From the sequence record NC_019408.1: a stretch of 64,000 nucleotides of DNA, one strand, 5' to 3'. The number at the start of each line of letters is the position of its first letter. Within the stretch, counting starts at the first letter, position 1. Below, in pieces: positions 8,533 to 16,998 of this stretch. A program made the position numbers and the translations under genes. The notes beneath the pieces are model-generated. The model did no database searches and was not told the DNA's origin. It saw only the letters and a program-made list of their open reading frames with translations.

Positions 8533-9771
8533 TTAAGCGTTGAGGCTAAGCATGCGGTCCACGATGAAGGCGTGGTCCTCGAAGGTGTTGGACGGGTCGA
8601 TCTCGGAGATCGGGTCCCAGTCGGCGGCGGCGGCGTCGTCGTGCCCCTTGACCACCGGCAGGCTCAGGCCCAGAGCCGGCGGCGGGATGACGAAGTGGTA
8701 GGCGGTCGAGATGATGTGGGCGCGCCGCGAGCGGTGCGGATCGTCGAAGACCTGAGGCTCGCCCACCAGGAAGCGGCGAAGCTCCTCCATGGCCTTGAGC
8801 ACGTAGCCCGGCGCGGCCGGCGGACGCAGGCCCAGCTTCTCGGCCTGCTTGCAGGCGGCGAGCCAGTGGACGAAGTTGTAGTAGTCGCGCTCGGAGATGA
8901 ACAGCGCGGTCTCTTCGATGATCTCGCGCAGGCAGTTGGCCAGCAGCGAGGAGCCCGCGTTGACGAAGCCGCCGGGCAGGGCCTTCATGCCCAGGCCCTC
9001 GGCGCCGCCGCGCTCGATCCGCAGGATGTGGCCGGCGCACTCGACGACGCCGTCGACGGCCAGGAACGGACCCGGCCCCCAGCGCTCGCGGTAGGCGTCC
9101 TCGGCCTTCTTCTGGGCGAGCAGGTAGGCGTAGACCTGCTTGTCGCGGAACCGCTCCAGGAAGTCGATGGTGCTCGGGTAGAGCAGATCGCTCCAGGCGT
9201 AGCCCCGGTCGCTCCAGGAAGTGTCGCGGAAGTTGACCCCGCCAGCGAAATAGGCTTGGCGCAGGGCCGTGGCGTTGACGCCGTTGTCCTCGACCGGCGT
9301 GTAGGGCCACTGCGGGAACCACGTCAGGTATTCGCTGGTGGCGTCGCGGACGTTGCCGATCAGGGTGACGCGCGGGCGCAGGACCTTGGTGGCGTTCTTG
9401 ACGTGCTGCTGGACCTGGGCGATCCACTCGTTCTTGCCGAACGGGCCGGTGTCGTTGAGCGCGATGACCTCGGTGTTGGAGATGTGCTCCAGGACGCGGG
9501 CGCCGGTGACCTCGACATCGACGTACTCGCCGCTGAAGTCGGCCGCGATCTCCTCGGCGGCCAGATCACTGATCCCGTCCAGGATCATCGCCTTGCGCTC
9601 CTCGAACAGGAACGGGTTGCGGGTGTCGCGGGCGAGGTTGGCCGAGCCGATGAACCAGAGGACCTTGCGGGCCTTCTTGCGCGCGGCCTGATACAGGCGG
9701 AAGTGGCCGAGCTTGGTCGGCATTTGCGCCCGCGTGATCAGCACCGCGATGTCGTACTCGAAATCCACCAT
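8533..9771 (-). CDS. nadM: bifunctional NMN adenylyltransferase / Nudix ADP-ribose pyrophosphatase
   Basis: RAQMPTKLGH, IGSAN..R.TRNPF..ER..MI, NATALR; Nudix box LPGGF...CLREIIEET; FDDPHRS.R, GHDDAAAA.W, FEDH. Confidence 0.88.
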   Translation of the reverse strand: MVDFEYDIAVLITRAQMPTKLGHFRLYQAARKKARKVLWFIGSANLARDTRNPFLFEERKAMILDGISDLAAEEIAADFSGEYVDVEVTGARVLEHISNTEVIALNDTGPFGKNEWIAQVQQHVKNATKVLRPRVTLIGNVRDATSEYLTWFPQWPYTPVEDNGVNATALRQAYFAGGVNFRDTSWSDRGYAWSDLLYPSTIDFLERFRDKQVYAYLLAQKKAEDAYRERWGPGPFLAVDGVVECAGHILRIERGGAEGLGMKALPGGFVNAGSSLLANCLREIIEETALFISERDYYNFVHWLAACKQAEKLGLRPPAAPGYVLKAMEELRRFLVGEPQVFDDPHRSRRAHIISTAYHFVIPPPALGLSLPVVKGHDDAAAADWDPISEIDPSNTFEDHAFIVDRMLSLNA

Positions 9772-10196
9772 CACCTCCTAAAGGCCGGGCGGATGCGCCG
9801 GGCCGGCTTGTTCTCGGTCAATTCCCGCCCGCTGAAGGACGGGAAGGAAAGCTCGCTGATGCCGTTCTGCCGTATGGCGAACTGGCGCTTCTTGGTGTCG
9901 ATCCCGTCCAGGTGCGTGCTGCGCCGCCGCTCGATCAGTTCGAGGTCGACGACGTCGCCAAACACCTTGCCGTGGAAAATCTGCCGCCGCGCCCAGGTGA
10001 TGGCCGATCCCAGGTGCTCGAACGCCCTGGTCTTCTCGGCCTCCTGGAGGCTGGCGCCGTCGTGGAAGGACGGGTCCACCCACGACAGCTTGATTTCCCG
10101 CGCCGGGAGCGTCTTCACCAGGACGTTGATGGCCTCGTGCCCGTAGCGCTGGGCGAAGTCGCCCACGTCGTAGCTTTCGATGTCCAGCACCATCAT
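9771..10196 (-). CDS. hypothetical protein
   Basis: ORF abutting nadM; start placed downstream of the promoter at 10252 (GTG 10226 is an alternative). Confidence 0.55.
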   Translation of the reverse strand: MMVLDIESYDVGDFAQRYGHEAINVLVKTLPAREIKLSWVDPSFHDGASLQEAEKTRAFEHLGSAITWARRQIFHGKVFGDVVDLELIERRRSTHLDGIDTKKRQFAIRQNGISELSFPSFSGRELTENKPARRIRPAFRR

Positions 10197-10222
10197 GGTG
10201 ATCGGCTTGGTCGTTAGGGACG

Positions 10223-10257
10223 ACACTATCGATTTCCCTCCGGCTTTGTCAACGCTT
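10223..10257 (-). promoter_or_regulatory. sigma70-type promoter, class AGCGTTGACAAAGCCGG, upstream of the NAD operon
   Basis: TTGACA 10252-10247, 18 nt, TAGTGT; shares 17 nt with the 4290 promoter. Confidence 0.55.
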
Positions 10258-10733
10258 TAACGCAGGAGCTTCAGCGACGAGGGGGCGTGGTATTTGAACG
10301 CCGCCTCGGTGATCGGCCCGATCCCCACGAAGGTCACGGTCGGCTTCTCGAAGACGGTGCGCCCGGCGTCGACGACCAGGGTCGCGCCGGCATACTCCCG
10401 GAAGCGCTCGTAGAGGGCTTCCAGTTCTTCGTTGGTGCCGGTGTGGAGCGCGATCTTCGCCGCCGACTGCGAGTAGCGGTACTGGCGCGCGGTCTTGGGG
10501 AAGCGCTCCATGGCGTCCCACCACGCATGCAGGTAGGCGTGGCCAGCCTGGGCGGAGAGCTTGCCGATGTTGAGGGACTTGTCCTCGGGCTTGCGGCTGC
10601 GCTTGGCCACGGTCATCGCGTCGAGCGCTTCCTGGCTGACGATGGCGTAGAGGCGCAGTTCAGCCTTGGACTTGCCGGCGAAGCACGCCATCACGAGGTC
10701 CCAGGCGTGCAACCAGCTTTCGAAGAATTTCAT
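10257..10733 (-). CDS. pth2: peptidyl-tRNA hydrolase, Pth2 type
   Basis: GKLSAQAGHA, KIAL, VVDAGRT, T.VGIGP motifs. Confidence 0.85.
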   Translation of the reverse strand: MKFFESWLHAWDLVMACFAGKSKAELRLYAIVSQEALDAMTVAKRSRKPEDKSLNIGKLSAQAGHAYLHAWWDAMERFPKTARQYRYSQSAAKIALHTGTNEELEALYERFREYAGATLVVDAGRTVFEKPTVTFVGIGPITEAAFKYHAPSSLKLLR

Positions 10734-11173
10734 GCCCGCAAGGCCCTTTCGTAGTGGTCCTCCAGCGCGATGGCCGCGTCGAAGGCGATGTCGATGAGGT
10801 CCTCGTTGATGATGACCTCGCAGGATCGGTGGAGGCTGATCAACGCCAGGGGCTCGTAGGCCTTGTTGAGCGTCGACAGCGTCTTGATGTTCAGGGCCAG
10901 TCGATCGAGCAGCTTGACGCCGTAGACCTCAGGTCCGAACGGGTGCTTCTGCGCGTAGAGCCGCTTCTTGACCTTCGGAAAGGTCTCCCAGTCCTTGACG
11001 TGCAGGTCGGACATCAGGTCGGCGGTCTGCTCGATCAGGGTCACATAGCGCATCAGCTTGCGGAGCCGGACCTGGATGTCGTCGGACTTGGCCGTCGGCG
11101 GAGGATCGCGACAATCCTCCGCCTCATGGGCCGCCAGCATCCGCGCTCGAAAGAGGACGTCGGCGATCGGCAC
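10730..11173 (-). CDS. hypothetical protein
   Basis: GTG start, stop overlaps next ATG. Confidence 0.6.
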   Translation of the reverse strand: MPIADVLFRARMLAAHEAEDCRDPPPTAKSDDIQVRLRKLMRYVTLIEQTADLMSDLHVKDWETFPKVKKRLYAQKHPFGPEVYGVKLLDRLALNIKTLSTLNKAYEPLALISLHRSCEVIINEDLIDIAFDAAIALEDHYERALRA

Positions 11174-11176
11174 CGA

Positions 11177-11614
11177 TTAGGCCTCGGGCGTCGGGGCTTC
11201 GGCTTCCGGCTCGGCGGCGGCGGTGGTCTTGGCCTTGCCTTTGCTGCCCGACGACGGCGAGGCCTGCGCTTCGTCAGCCGCCGGCGCGGCGGCCGGGGTC
11301 TCGACCAGAACCGGCTCGGCGTCGGCCGGCACGTCGACCGCAGCGTAGTCGGCCTCGAACGCGGCCGGCTTCAGGATCAGCAGTTCGTAGTCGTCGCCGC
11401 GCGGGATGCGCACGATGAAGTCGTCCTGGGTCGCCGAGGCGATCTGGCCGTTGATCGGGACCAGCAGCTTGCCGACGGCATCCTTGCCGACAGCCATGGT
11501 GCCCATGGCGGTGTAGGCGGTGTGCTGCGTCAGCCACTCGGGCAGGTCTTCCAGGCGCTGGAAGGTGTATTGGACCGCATCCACGGTCACGGGCAGACGA
11601 GTGTACTTGCTCAA
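11177..11614 (-). CDS. conserved phage hypothetical (PVxVDAVQ...KPxxFExxY type) with Ala/Pro-rich tail
   Basis: TTG start after AGGAG; recognisable phage pattern. Confidence 0.65.
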   Translation of the reverse strand: MSKYTRLPVTVDAVQYTFQRLEDLPEWLTQHTAYTAMGTMAVGKDAVGKLLVPINGQIASATQDDFIVRIPRGDDYELLILKPAAFEADYAAVDVPADAEPVLVETPAAAPAADEAQASPSSGSKGKAKTTAAAEPEAEAPTPEA

Positions 11615-11623
11615 GGATAGCTC

Positions 11624-12208
11624 CTACTGGGGCTGGGCCGGCGCCGGGATGGCGAAGGCAAGGGAGTCTTCGACCAGGGCCAAGAGGTCGGTGACCAGCT
11701 TGGGATTGAGGTCGTCTTGGGTCAGGGCGGCGGCGACGGCGTTGATCCGCGACCACGTGAAGTCCTCGGTCAGGCCGAGATTGTGGAGGCGCAGCAGGGT
11801 CTCGCCGTGGATCGCCACGACGCCGGAAAGCTCGCGCAGGGTGCGCAGGGTCAGAGGCCGCTCGGAGAGCATCTTGATCGCGCTGCCCGAGGGCGCCAGG
11901 AGCAGGCGCATCCAGTCGCCGGCGGGATCGTCGGCCCGGCGCAGGTCCGGATGGTCCAGGGTCGCGCCCCAGATCACCGCGTGGGCTTTCGCTGCCAGCG
12001 ACTGGCGGCGCTTGGCGATGGCCTCGGCTTCCTTGGCTTCGCGCTGGGCCGCCAGGAAGGTGGCGATGATCACCGAGGGGAAGATCGCCACCAGGAAGAA
12101 GGCGAGGCGGTCGGTCCAGACCGCGTGCGGCGTGACCACGTTCATGCCCGTGCCGATCAGCACCGTCGGGTAGATCAGCCCGCCGTGGCGGTGGATGAAG
12201 CGGATCAT
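11624..12208 (-). CDS. membrane protein, hypothetical
   Basis: First gene after repeated promoter; hydrophobic N-terminal helices. Confidence 0.65.
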   Translation of the reverse strand: MIRFIHRHGGLIYPTVLIGTGMNVVTPHAVWTDRLAFFLVAIFPSVIIATFLAAQREAKEAEAIAKRRQSLAAKAHAVIWGATLDHPDLRRADDPAGDWMRLLLAPSGSAIKMLSERPLTLRTLRELSGVVAIHGETLLRLHNLGLTEDFTWSRINAVAAALTQDDLNPKLVTDLLALVEDSLAFAIPAPAQPQ

Positions 12209-12214
12209 GAAAAG

Positions 12215-12272
12215 GGCCTCCGGCGTTGTCGTCGAAGGCCCTTCTAGCGAGTCGGTGTCAGGCTGTCAACAC
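12215..12272 (-). promoter_or_regulatory. repeated phage promoter
   Basis: TTGACA 12269-12264, N17, TAGAAG, leader CGACGACAAC-GCCGGAGG. Confidence 0.8.
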
Positions 12273-12275
12273 TTG

Positions 12276-12884
12276 TCAGCCAGCGTCTTCCACCAGCCGC
12301 GCGATCCGCTCGAAGCCCAGTTCCAGGCGGCCCCAGAAGGCACCGGGCACGTGCGGCTTGACGACCTCGGTGAAGCGGGCGCGCTCCTTCAGGTACATCT
12401 TGGCCATGCCCAGATGCGGTGCGTTCGTCGCCGGGTCCTTGATCGAGGCCTCGACGTTGGCGATCCGATCGGCCAGCTTCAGGATGCAGGCCTCGGGGTG
12501 CTCGCCCAGCTTGCGGTAGATGTCCTCGTTGCGGGCCTTGCGGTTGGGGCCGATGCCCGACACCGCCCAGACCAGCGCCGCGACGCGCTCGCCGAACTTG
12601 TCCTCAACCATCTGCCGGCGGGCCTCGGGCGTCATGTCGAGGTGGGTGTCCTCGATCACGTCGTGCAGTTTGGCCGCCGCCGTCCAGGTGAAGCCCGCAT
12701 AGCCGTAGTCGTCCAGGATGCGCTCGACCTTCTGGAGGTGGTAGAGGTAGGGCTGGCCGGCGTACTGCTGCTCGCCGTGCGCGGCGATGGCGAACTTCGT
12801 CGGGTCCTCCTGCTGGTAGGTGCCGGGGGCGTCCTCCATCAGGCTGGCCAGTTGATCGGGATCGGACAGGGGCGTGTCGGTCAT
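12276..12884 (-). CDS. HD-domain protein, RelA/SpoT hydrolase (small alarmone hydrolase/Mesh1-like)
   Basis: AH.EQ....QPY..H...V, LHDVIEDT, VA.LV.AVS, LKLADRIANV. Confidence 0.82.
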   Translation of the reverse strand: MTDTPLSDPDQLASLMEDAPGTYQQEDPTKFAIAAHGEQQYAGQPYLYHLQKVERILDDYGYAGFTWTAAAKLHDVIEDTHLDMTPEARRQMVEDKFGERVAALVWAVSGIGPNRKARNEDIYRKLGEHPEACILKLADRIANVEASIKDPATNAPHLGMAKMYLKERARFTEVVKPHVPGAFWGRLELGFERIARLVEDAG

Positions 12885-13288
12885 GACGTTTTCTCGGGGA
12901 TCAGGGTGAAGACCTCCACCCCCTCGTCGATGCGCATGTGGTGCGTCGGCGGGTGGGCGGGGTTGTAGCGGATGTAGCCGGCGAGGCCGCCGTCGATCAT
13001 CGCGCCGCCGCGCTCCTGGTAGTCGTGGCGGAAGCGCGAGACCAGGAACGAGCCGTCGGCGAGCTTGATGGCCGAGAACACCGCCTCGCGGATCGAGGCC
13101 GCCGAGGTGATGTAGATGCCGTCCTTGAGCGGGTGGATGAAGAGGCCAAAGTAGTTGTCGTGGCCCTGCGAGCGATCCGGCGTCTCGGTGTAGAAGACGT
13201 AGAACGGCCCCTCCCGATCCGGGAGGTCGTAGTAGCCCACGTACTTGGCGTTGTAGTGCTCTTCGGCGGCTTTGATGTTGATGCCCAT
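12881..13288 (-). CDS. conserved phage hypothetical protein
   Basis: ATG overlapping HNH stop; SRFRHDY...MIDGG pattern. Confidence 0.65.
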   Translation of the reverse strand: MGINIKAAEEHYNAKYVGYYDLPDREGPFYVFYTETPDRSQGHDNYFGLFIHPLKDGIYITSAASIREAVFSAIKLADGSFLVSRFRHDYQERGGAMIDGGLAGYIRYNPAHPPTHHMRIDEGVEVFTLIPEKTS

Positions 13289-13788
13289 CAGGCGACCCTC
13301 AAGAATTCGCCCCAGGCGGGGGCGGCGTATTTCAGGTAGGCCTCGTGCGCGGCCTCCGGCGTAGTATAGCGCCCCAGGAAGCGATAGACACCATGAATGG
13401 TGATCTGGGCCTGGAACGGCTTGCTCTTGCACCGGCACTTGGTCACGCCCTTGGGCAGGGCGCCGATCGGGCGGCGGTTGACGAGGTTCTGCGACCGCGT
13501 CGCCTTCCGGAGGTTCTTGATCCGGTTGTTGCGGCGGTTGCAGTCCTCGTGGTCGACGTCATGGTCGGGAACGACCCCGTGGTGGAGCGCCCAGGCCAGC
13601 TTGTGGGCGGCGATCTGGATGCGGCGGCCCTCGAAAGGAACCTTGATCACCCGGTAGCCGTCCTGGTTGACCGTGCCCAGGCGCTTGCGGGTCTTGGAGC
13701 CCCGCAGGTAGATGGCGCCGGACGAGGCCTCGTAGCGATAGCGCGCCCTGAGGTACTCGACCGGGATGACGTACTCTGCCCCCGACAT
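13288..13788 (-). CDS. HNH homing endonuclease with AP2 domain
   Basis: AHKLAW..HHG...VDHED.NRRNNRI.NLR.AT..QN; KGV..., AQI..., YLGRY.TPEAAHEAY. Confidence 0.85.
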   Translation of the reverse strand: MSGAEYVIPVEYLRARYRYEASSGAIYLRGSKTRKRLGTVNQDGYRVIKVPFEGRRIQIAAHKLAWALHHGVVPDHDVDHEDCNRRNNRIKNLRKATRSQNLVNRRPIGALPKGVTKCRCKSKPFQAQITIHGVYRFLGRYTTPEAAHEAYLKYAAPAWGEFLRVA

Positions 13789-13792
13789 GGGA

Positions 13793-14032
13793 TCAATCCT
13801 TCTTGGCGTACCGCTTGAAGAGGAGGTAGAAGCCGTAGGCGACCAGGACCCCGAGCCAGCAGAACCACAGGATCGCCGCCTGCCCCAGGGTCATGAAGAA
13901 GAACCCGATCTTCCAGTCGTCGTTGAACCGGTTCTCCCGGTTCTCCCAGACCTTGGGGTAGTCGATGGCGTAGCGGTAGCCGATCCGGGCCAGCGCGATC
14001 AGGCCGCCCAGGATGAAATAGATGTCCTGCAT
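13793..14032 (-). CDS. small membrane protein
   Basis: Hydrophobic segments. Confidence 0.6.
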   Translation of the reverse strand: MQDIYFILGGLIALARIGYRYAIDYPKVWENRENRFNDDWKIGFFFMTLGQAAILWFCWLGVLVAYGFYLLFKRYAKKD

Positions 14033-14039
14033 GGCGGAC

Positions 14040-14315
14040 CTACTTCGTGGAGGCGTTGTCGACGGCGTCGACGGCCTTCTCCGCCAGGGCGCCCAGCTTC
14101 TTGCGGACGAAGAAGAACACGCCGGCCCAGAAGCCCAGGAACAGCGCCAGCGGCCAGATCAGGCCGATGATGATCCCGGCGATGCCGAAGAAGAAGCAGT
14201 AGACGCCGATGCCTTCGTAGTTGGTGATCCCCAGCTTGCGGAACACCGCCGGGAAGACGGTCGCGGCGGCGGCCCAGACGCCGGCGCAGATGAAGAGCGC
14301 GGTGAGGAAATACAT
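14040..14315 (-). CDS. small membrane protein
   Basis: Hydrophobic segments. Confidence 0.6.
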   Translation of the reverse strand: MYFLTALFICAGVWAAAATVFPAVFRKLGITNYEGIGVYCFFFGIAGIIIGLIWPLALFLGFWAGVFFFVRKKLGALAEKAVDAVDNASTK

Positions 14316-14617
14316 CAGGTCGGTTCCTTTTCGAGCCCGTGGTCGGGGTCGTACTTGACGAGGATGCCGTCTTCGTTCCGGTGCTCCATCAGGGGCAGGC
14401 CGGAGACGAACTGCGGCACGAAGAGGTCGCGGCGCGGCTGCTGGAGCCAGATGAGGCCGGTCTCGGCCACCTGCGCGCGCTCGGCCGGCGAAAGCTCCCA
14501 GCAGGAGATCACGCCCTCGGGGCCGGTGTAGGTGTGCAGCGGGATGACCGAGTCCTCGTTGCCCGGCGCCGGGTTCCAGACCTTGTTGGAGCCGGCGAAG
14601 TTACGCGGCGTGGCCAT
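14315..14617 (-). CDS. conserved phage hypothetical protein
   Basis: VISCWELS.AER..VAETG.IWL pattern. Confidence 0.65.
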   Translation of the reverse strand: MATPRNFAGSNKVWNPAPGNEDSVIPLHTYTGPEGVISCWELSPAERAQVAETGLIWLQQPRRDLFVPQFVSGLPLMEHRNEDGILVKYDPDHGLEKEPT

Positions 14618-14849
14618 GCTTGGACCCCTTGTTGACGAAGAACCAGATCGCCAGCGCGATCAGGAAGCCGGGCACGGCCAGGGGCCATGCGAAGGTGACG
14701 CCCAGGAAGACGAAGACGCCCAGGAAGACCGCACCGACCGCGTCGGAGAGCTTGAGCACCCCGTCCTTGGTCTCGTGCTTGATCGCCCAGAAGAGCGCGC
14801 CCAGGCCGGCGATCACGCCGACGATGAGAGAGAAGAGGATGTACTTCAA
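14601..14849 (-). CDS. small membrane protein
   Basis: Two to three hydrophobic helices. Confidence 0.6.
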   Translation of the reverse strand: MKYILFSLIVGVIAGLGALFWAIKHETKDGVLKLSDAVGAVFLGVFVFLGVTFAWPLAVPGFLIALAIWFFVNKGSKHGHAA

Positions 14850-15229
14850 AGCAAGCCCGCCGCCTGCTTGGCGGCCTCCTTGGCGCGGACCTTGTCATGC
14901 GACAGGCTCTTCACGCGGTTGATCTCGTCGGCCTCGCAGCCGTCGGCGCTGATGCCGAGGTTCTCGCAGAGGGTGTAGAGCGACAGGAGCAACCCGCCGA
15001 CCTCCTCCTTGACCTCGCCGACCGGGCGCCCGTAGGTCCAGTGGGCCTGCCGGATCACGTCCTCCAAGGTCAGGCCCTGGGTCTGGACGAGTTCCATGCA
15101 CTCCTCCAGCGTCCGGAAGGCCTGGATGCGGCGGTTGAAGACGCGGCCCGTCAGGACCTCCTCAACCCACTTCCAGCACCATGTCTGGCGCTTGGCCCGG
15201 TGCTCGTGGCAGGCGTCCACCTCGGTCAC
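14846..15229 (-). CDS. MazG-like NTP pyrophosphohydrolase
   Basis: FRTLEECMELVQ ... RPVGEVKEEVGG.LL.L..LC; GTGA overlap start. Confidence 0.55.
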   Translation of the reverse strand: MTEVDACHEHRAKRQTWCWKWVEEVLTGRVFNRRIQAFRTLEECMELVQTQGLTLEDVIRQAHWTYGRPVGEVKEEVGGLLLSLYTLCENLGISADGCEADEINRVKSLSHDKVRAKEAAKQAAGLL

Positions 15230-15375
15230 GATTTGGTCCACTTGAACAGGCTCCAGAACGATTGGCGGGTATCGCGTGACCAGCGCCAGGGGCGGATCAC
15301 CAGGATCGAGGCGATGACGGCGACGATCGCGTAGATCGTCGCCGCCCGCCCCAGGACGTCCAGGAAGGCCGTCAT
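15226..15375 (-). CDS. 49-aa membrane peptide (below ORF-track cutoff)
   Basis: MTAFLDVLGRAATIYAIVAVIASILVIRPWRW...; fills gap between rtcB and MazG-like gene. Confidence 0.55.
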   Translation of the reverse strand: MTAFLDVLGRAATIYAIVAVIASILVIRPWRWSRDTRQSFWSLFKWTKS

Positions 15376-15378
15376 CGA

Positions 15379-16611
15379 CTAGCCCTTCACGCAGAGGACT
15401 TGCTTCAGGGTGTGGACGATGTCCACGAGGTCCTTCTGCGCCTCCATGACCGCGTCGATGTCCTTGTAGGCCATCGGGATTTCGTCGATCACGCCGATGT
15501 CCTTGCGGCACTCGACGCCTTCGGTCGCCTTGATCTGGTCTTCCAGCGTGAAGGCGGCCTTGGCGGCGGTGCGCGACATGGTCCGCCCCGCGCCGTGCGA
15601 GCACGAGCAGAACGAGTCGGCGTTGCCCTTGCCGCGCACGATGTAGGACTTGGCCCCCATCGAGCCGGGGATGATGCCGAACTGGTCCTTCTGAGCCGAC
15701 ACCGCGCCCTTGCGGGTCACGAAGACCCACTCGTCGAAGTGGAACTCCTTCTGGACGTAGTTGTGGTGGCAGTTCACCGCTTCCTTGTCCGTCTTGAAGG
15801 GCGGCAGGCCCGAGGCGCGCATGGCGTCCAGGACCCGGATCATCATCATCTCGCGGTTGATCCGCGCGAAGTCCTGACCCCAGGCGACGGCTTCCACGTA
15901 GTCGTAGAATTCCGGCTCGCCTTCCGACAGCCACGCGAGGTCCTTGTCGAGCGGCTTCTGACCGTCCCGACGCAGCATCATCTCCTTGGCCTTCTCGATG
16001 AAGATACGGCCGATGGTGTTGCCGACGCCGCGCGAGCCCGAGTGGAGCATCACCCAGACGCGCTGGTCCTCGTCGAGGCAGACCTCGATGAAGTGGTTGC
16101 CGCCGCCCAGCGTGCCCAGTTGGACGACGCTGTTGGCGTTCTTGAGGGTCTTGTACTTGTCGCAGAGCTTCTCGAACCGGGCTTCCAGGCCCGAGTCGAC
16201 CCACTTGCGCATGATCGAGTTCGGGATGCCGCTACGCCCGTTCCAGCCGCCCGACGGACCCGGCCCGCCGTGCGGGACGGCGTGCTCGATCAGCGAGCGC
16301 AGCTTGGCGAGGCTGTCGGGCAGGTCCGAGGCCTTCAGCGAGGTGCGCACGGCCATCATGCCGCAGCCGATGTCCACGCCCACGGCCGCCGGGATGATGG
16401 CGCCCTTGGTCGGGATCACCGAGCCCACGGTCGAGCCGATGCCCATGTGGACGTCCGGCATCAGGGCCACATGCGAGTGGATGAACGGCAGGGCGGCGAG
16501 GTTGTGCGCCTGCACCTGGGCGGGCTGCTCGAAGGTCACACCCCGGACCCAGGCCTTGATCACCCCGCCGTTCCAGCCGGTGATCTCTTCGTATTGGGTC
16601 TCGGCGGTCAT
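15379..16611 (-). CDS. rtcB: RNA ligase RtcB
   Basis: MPDVHMG.G..VG, VGVDIGCGM, LGTLGGGNHFIE, HSGSRG.G, CHHNY, RKGA, PGSMG, SCSHGAGR, DEIP.AYKDI. Confidence 0.95.
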   Translation of the reverse strand: MTAETQYEEITGWNGGVIKAWVRGVTFEQPAQVQAHNLAALPFIHSHVALMPDVHMGIGSTVGSVIPTKGAIIPAAVGVDIGCGMMAVRTSLKASDLPDSLAKLRSLIEHAVPHGGPGPSGGWNGRSGIPNSIMRKWVDSGLEARFEKLCDKYKTLKNANSVVQLGTLGGGNHFIEVCLDEDQRVWVMLHSGSRGVGNTIGRIFIEKAKEMMLRRDGQKPLDKDLAWLSEGEPEFYDYVEAVAWGQDFARINREMMMIRVLDAMRASGLPPFKTDKEAVNCHHNYVQKEFHFDEWVFVTRKGAVSAQKDQFGIIPGSMGAKSYIVRGKGNADSFCSCSHGAGRTMSRTAAKAAFTLEDQIKATEGVECRKDIGVIDEIPMAYKDIDAVMEAQKDLVDIVHTLKQVLCVKG

Positions 16612-16613
16612 GT

Positions 16614-16678
16614 GCTCCTCGCTGCCGTTGTCGTGATTTACGACTTTTGACCACGCCCTTCGTCGTCTGTCAACACAC
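16614..16678 (-). promoter_or_regulatory. variant of repeated phage promoter upstream of rtcB
   Basis: GTGTGTTGACA 16673-16668, weak -10, leader CACGACAAC..GAGGAG. Confidence 0.55.
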
Positions 16679-16817
16679 CTTCGATCGCCTCGATCTGAGA
16701 TTCGGCCAGAAAACGGATCGCCGCGTCGTCGGCCCCGCAGCGCCCGATGATCTGGTCGAGGACCTCCAGGGTGTCCTCCAGCATGCTGCGGTAGGTGTTC
16801 TCGCGCGGGGTGCTCAT
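16638..16817 (-). CDS. 59-aa hypothetical (below cutoff)
   Basis: MSTPRENTYRSMLEDTLEVLDQII...; ATGA overlap. Confidence 0.5.
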   Translation of the reverse strand: MSTPRENTYRSMLEDTLEVLDQIIGRCGADDAAIRFLAESQIEAIEGVLTDDEGRGQKS

Positions 16818-16918
16818 GGGATCGCTTTCAGCACTTGGATGAGGGCCGCCCAGAGCGCCAGATCGGCGAGGACGGCGAGGAAGAGTTCATAGTTCAAACG
16901 GGCGCCCTTGTGGGTCAT
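16814..16918 (-). CDS. 34-aa hydrophobic peptide
   Basis: GGGAGG SD; MTHKGARLNYELFLAVLADLALWAALIQVLKAIP. Confidence 0.5.
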   Translation of the reverse strand: MTHKGARLNYELFLAVLADLALWAALIQVLKAIP

Positions 16919-16936
16919 CGCTGCCTCCCTGAAACG

Positions 16937-16969
16937 AAAAACGCCGGCGAGTAGGTCCCGCCGGCGTTT
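16937..16969 (-). terminator. intrinsic terminator after SPFH gene
   Basis: AAACGCCGGCG-loop-CGCCGGCGTTTTT. Confidence 0.8.
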
Positions 16970-16998
16970 CCGTAGTCCAAATCTAGGCCGTCAGGCCG

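Noticed and set aside
11177-11614. Possible Tad2/Acb-type signal sponge
   Set aside because: Matches only a generic phage PVxVDAVQ pattern; no recognisable sponge signature
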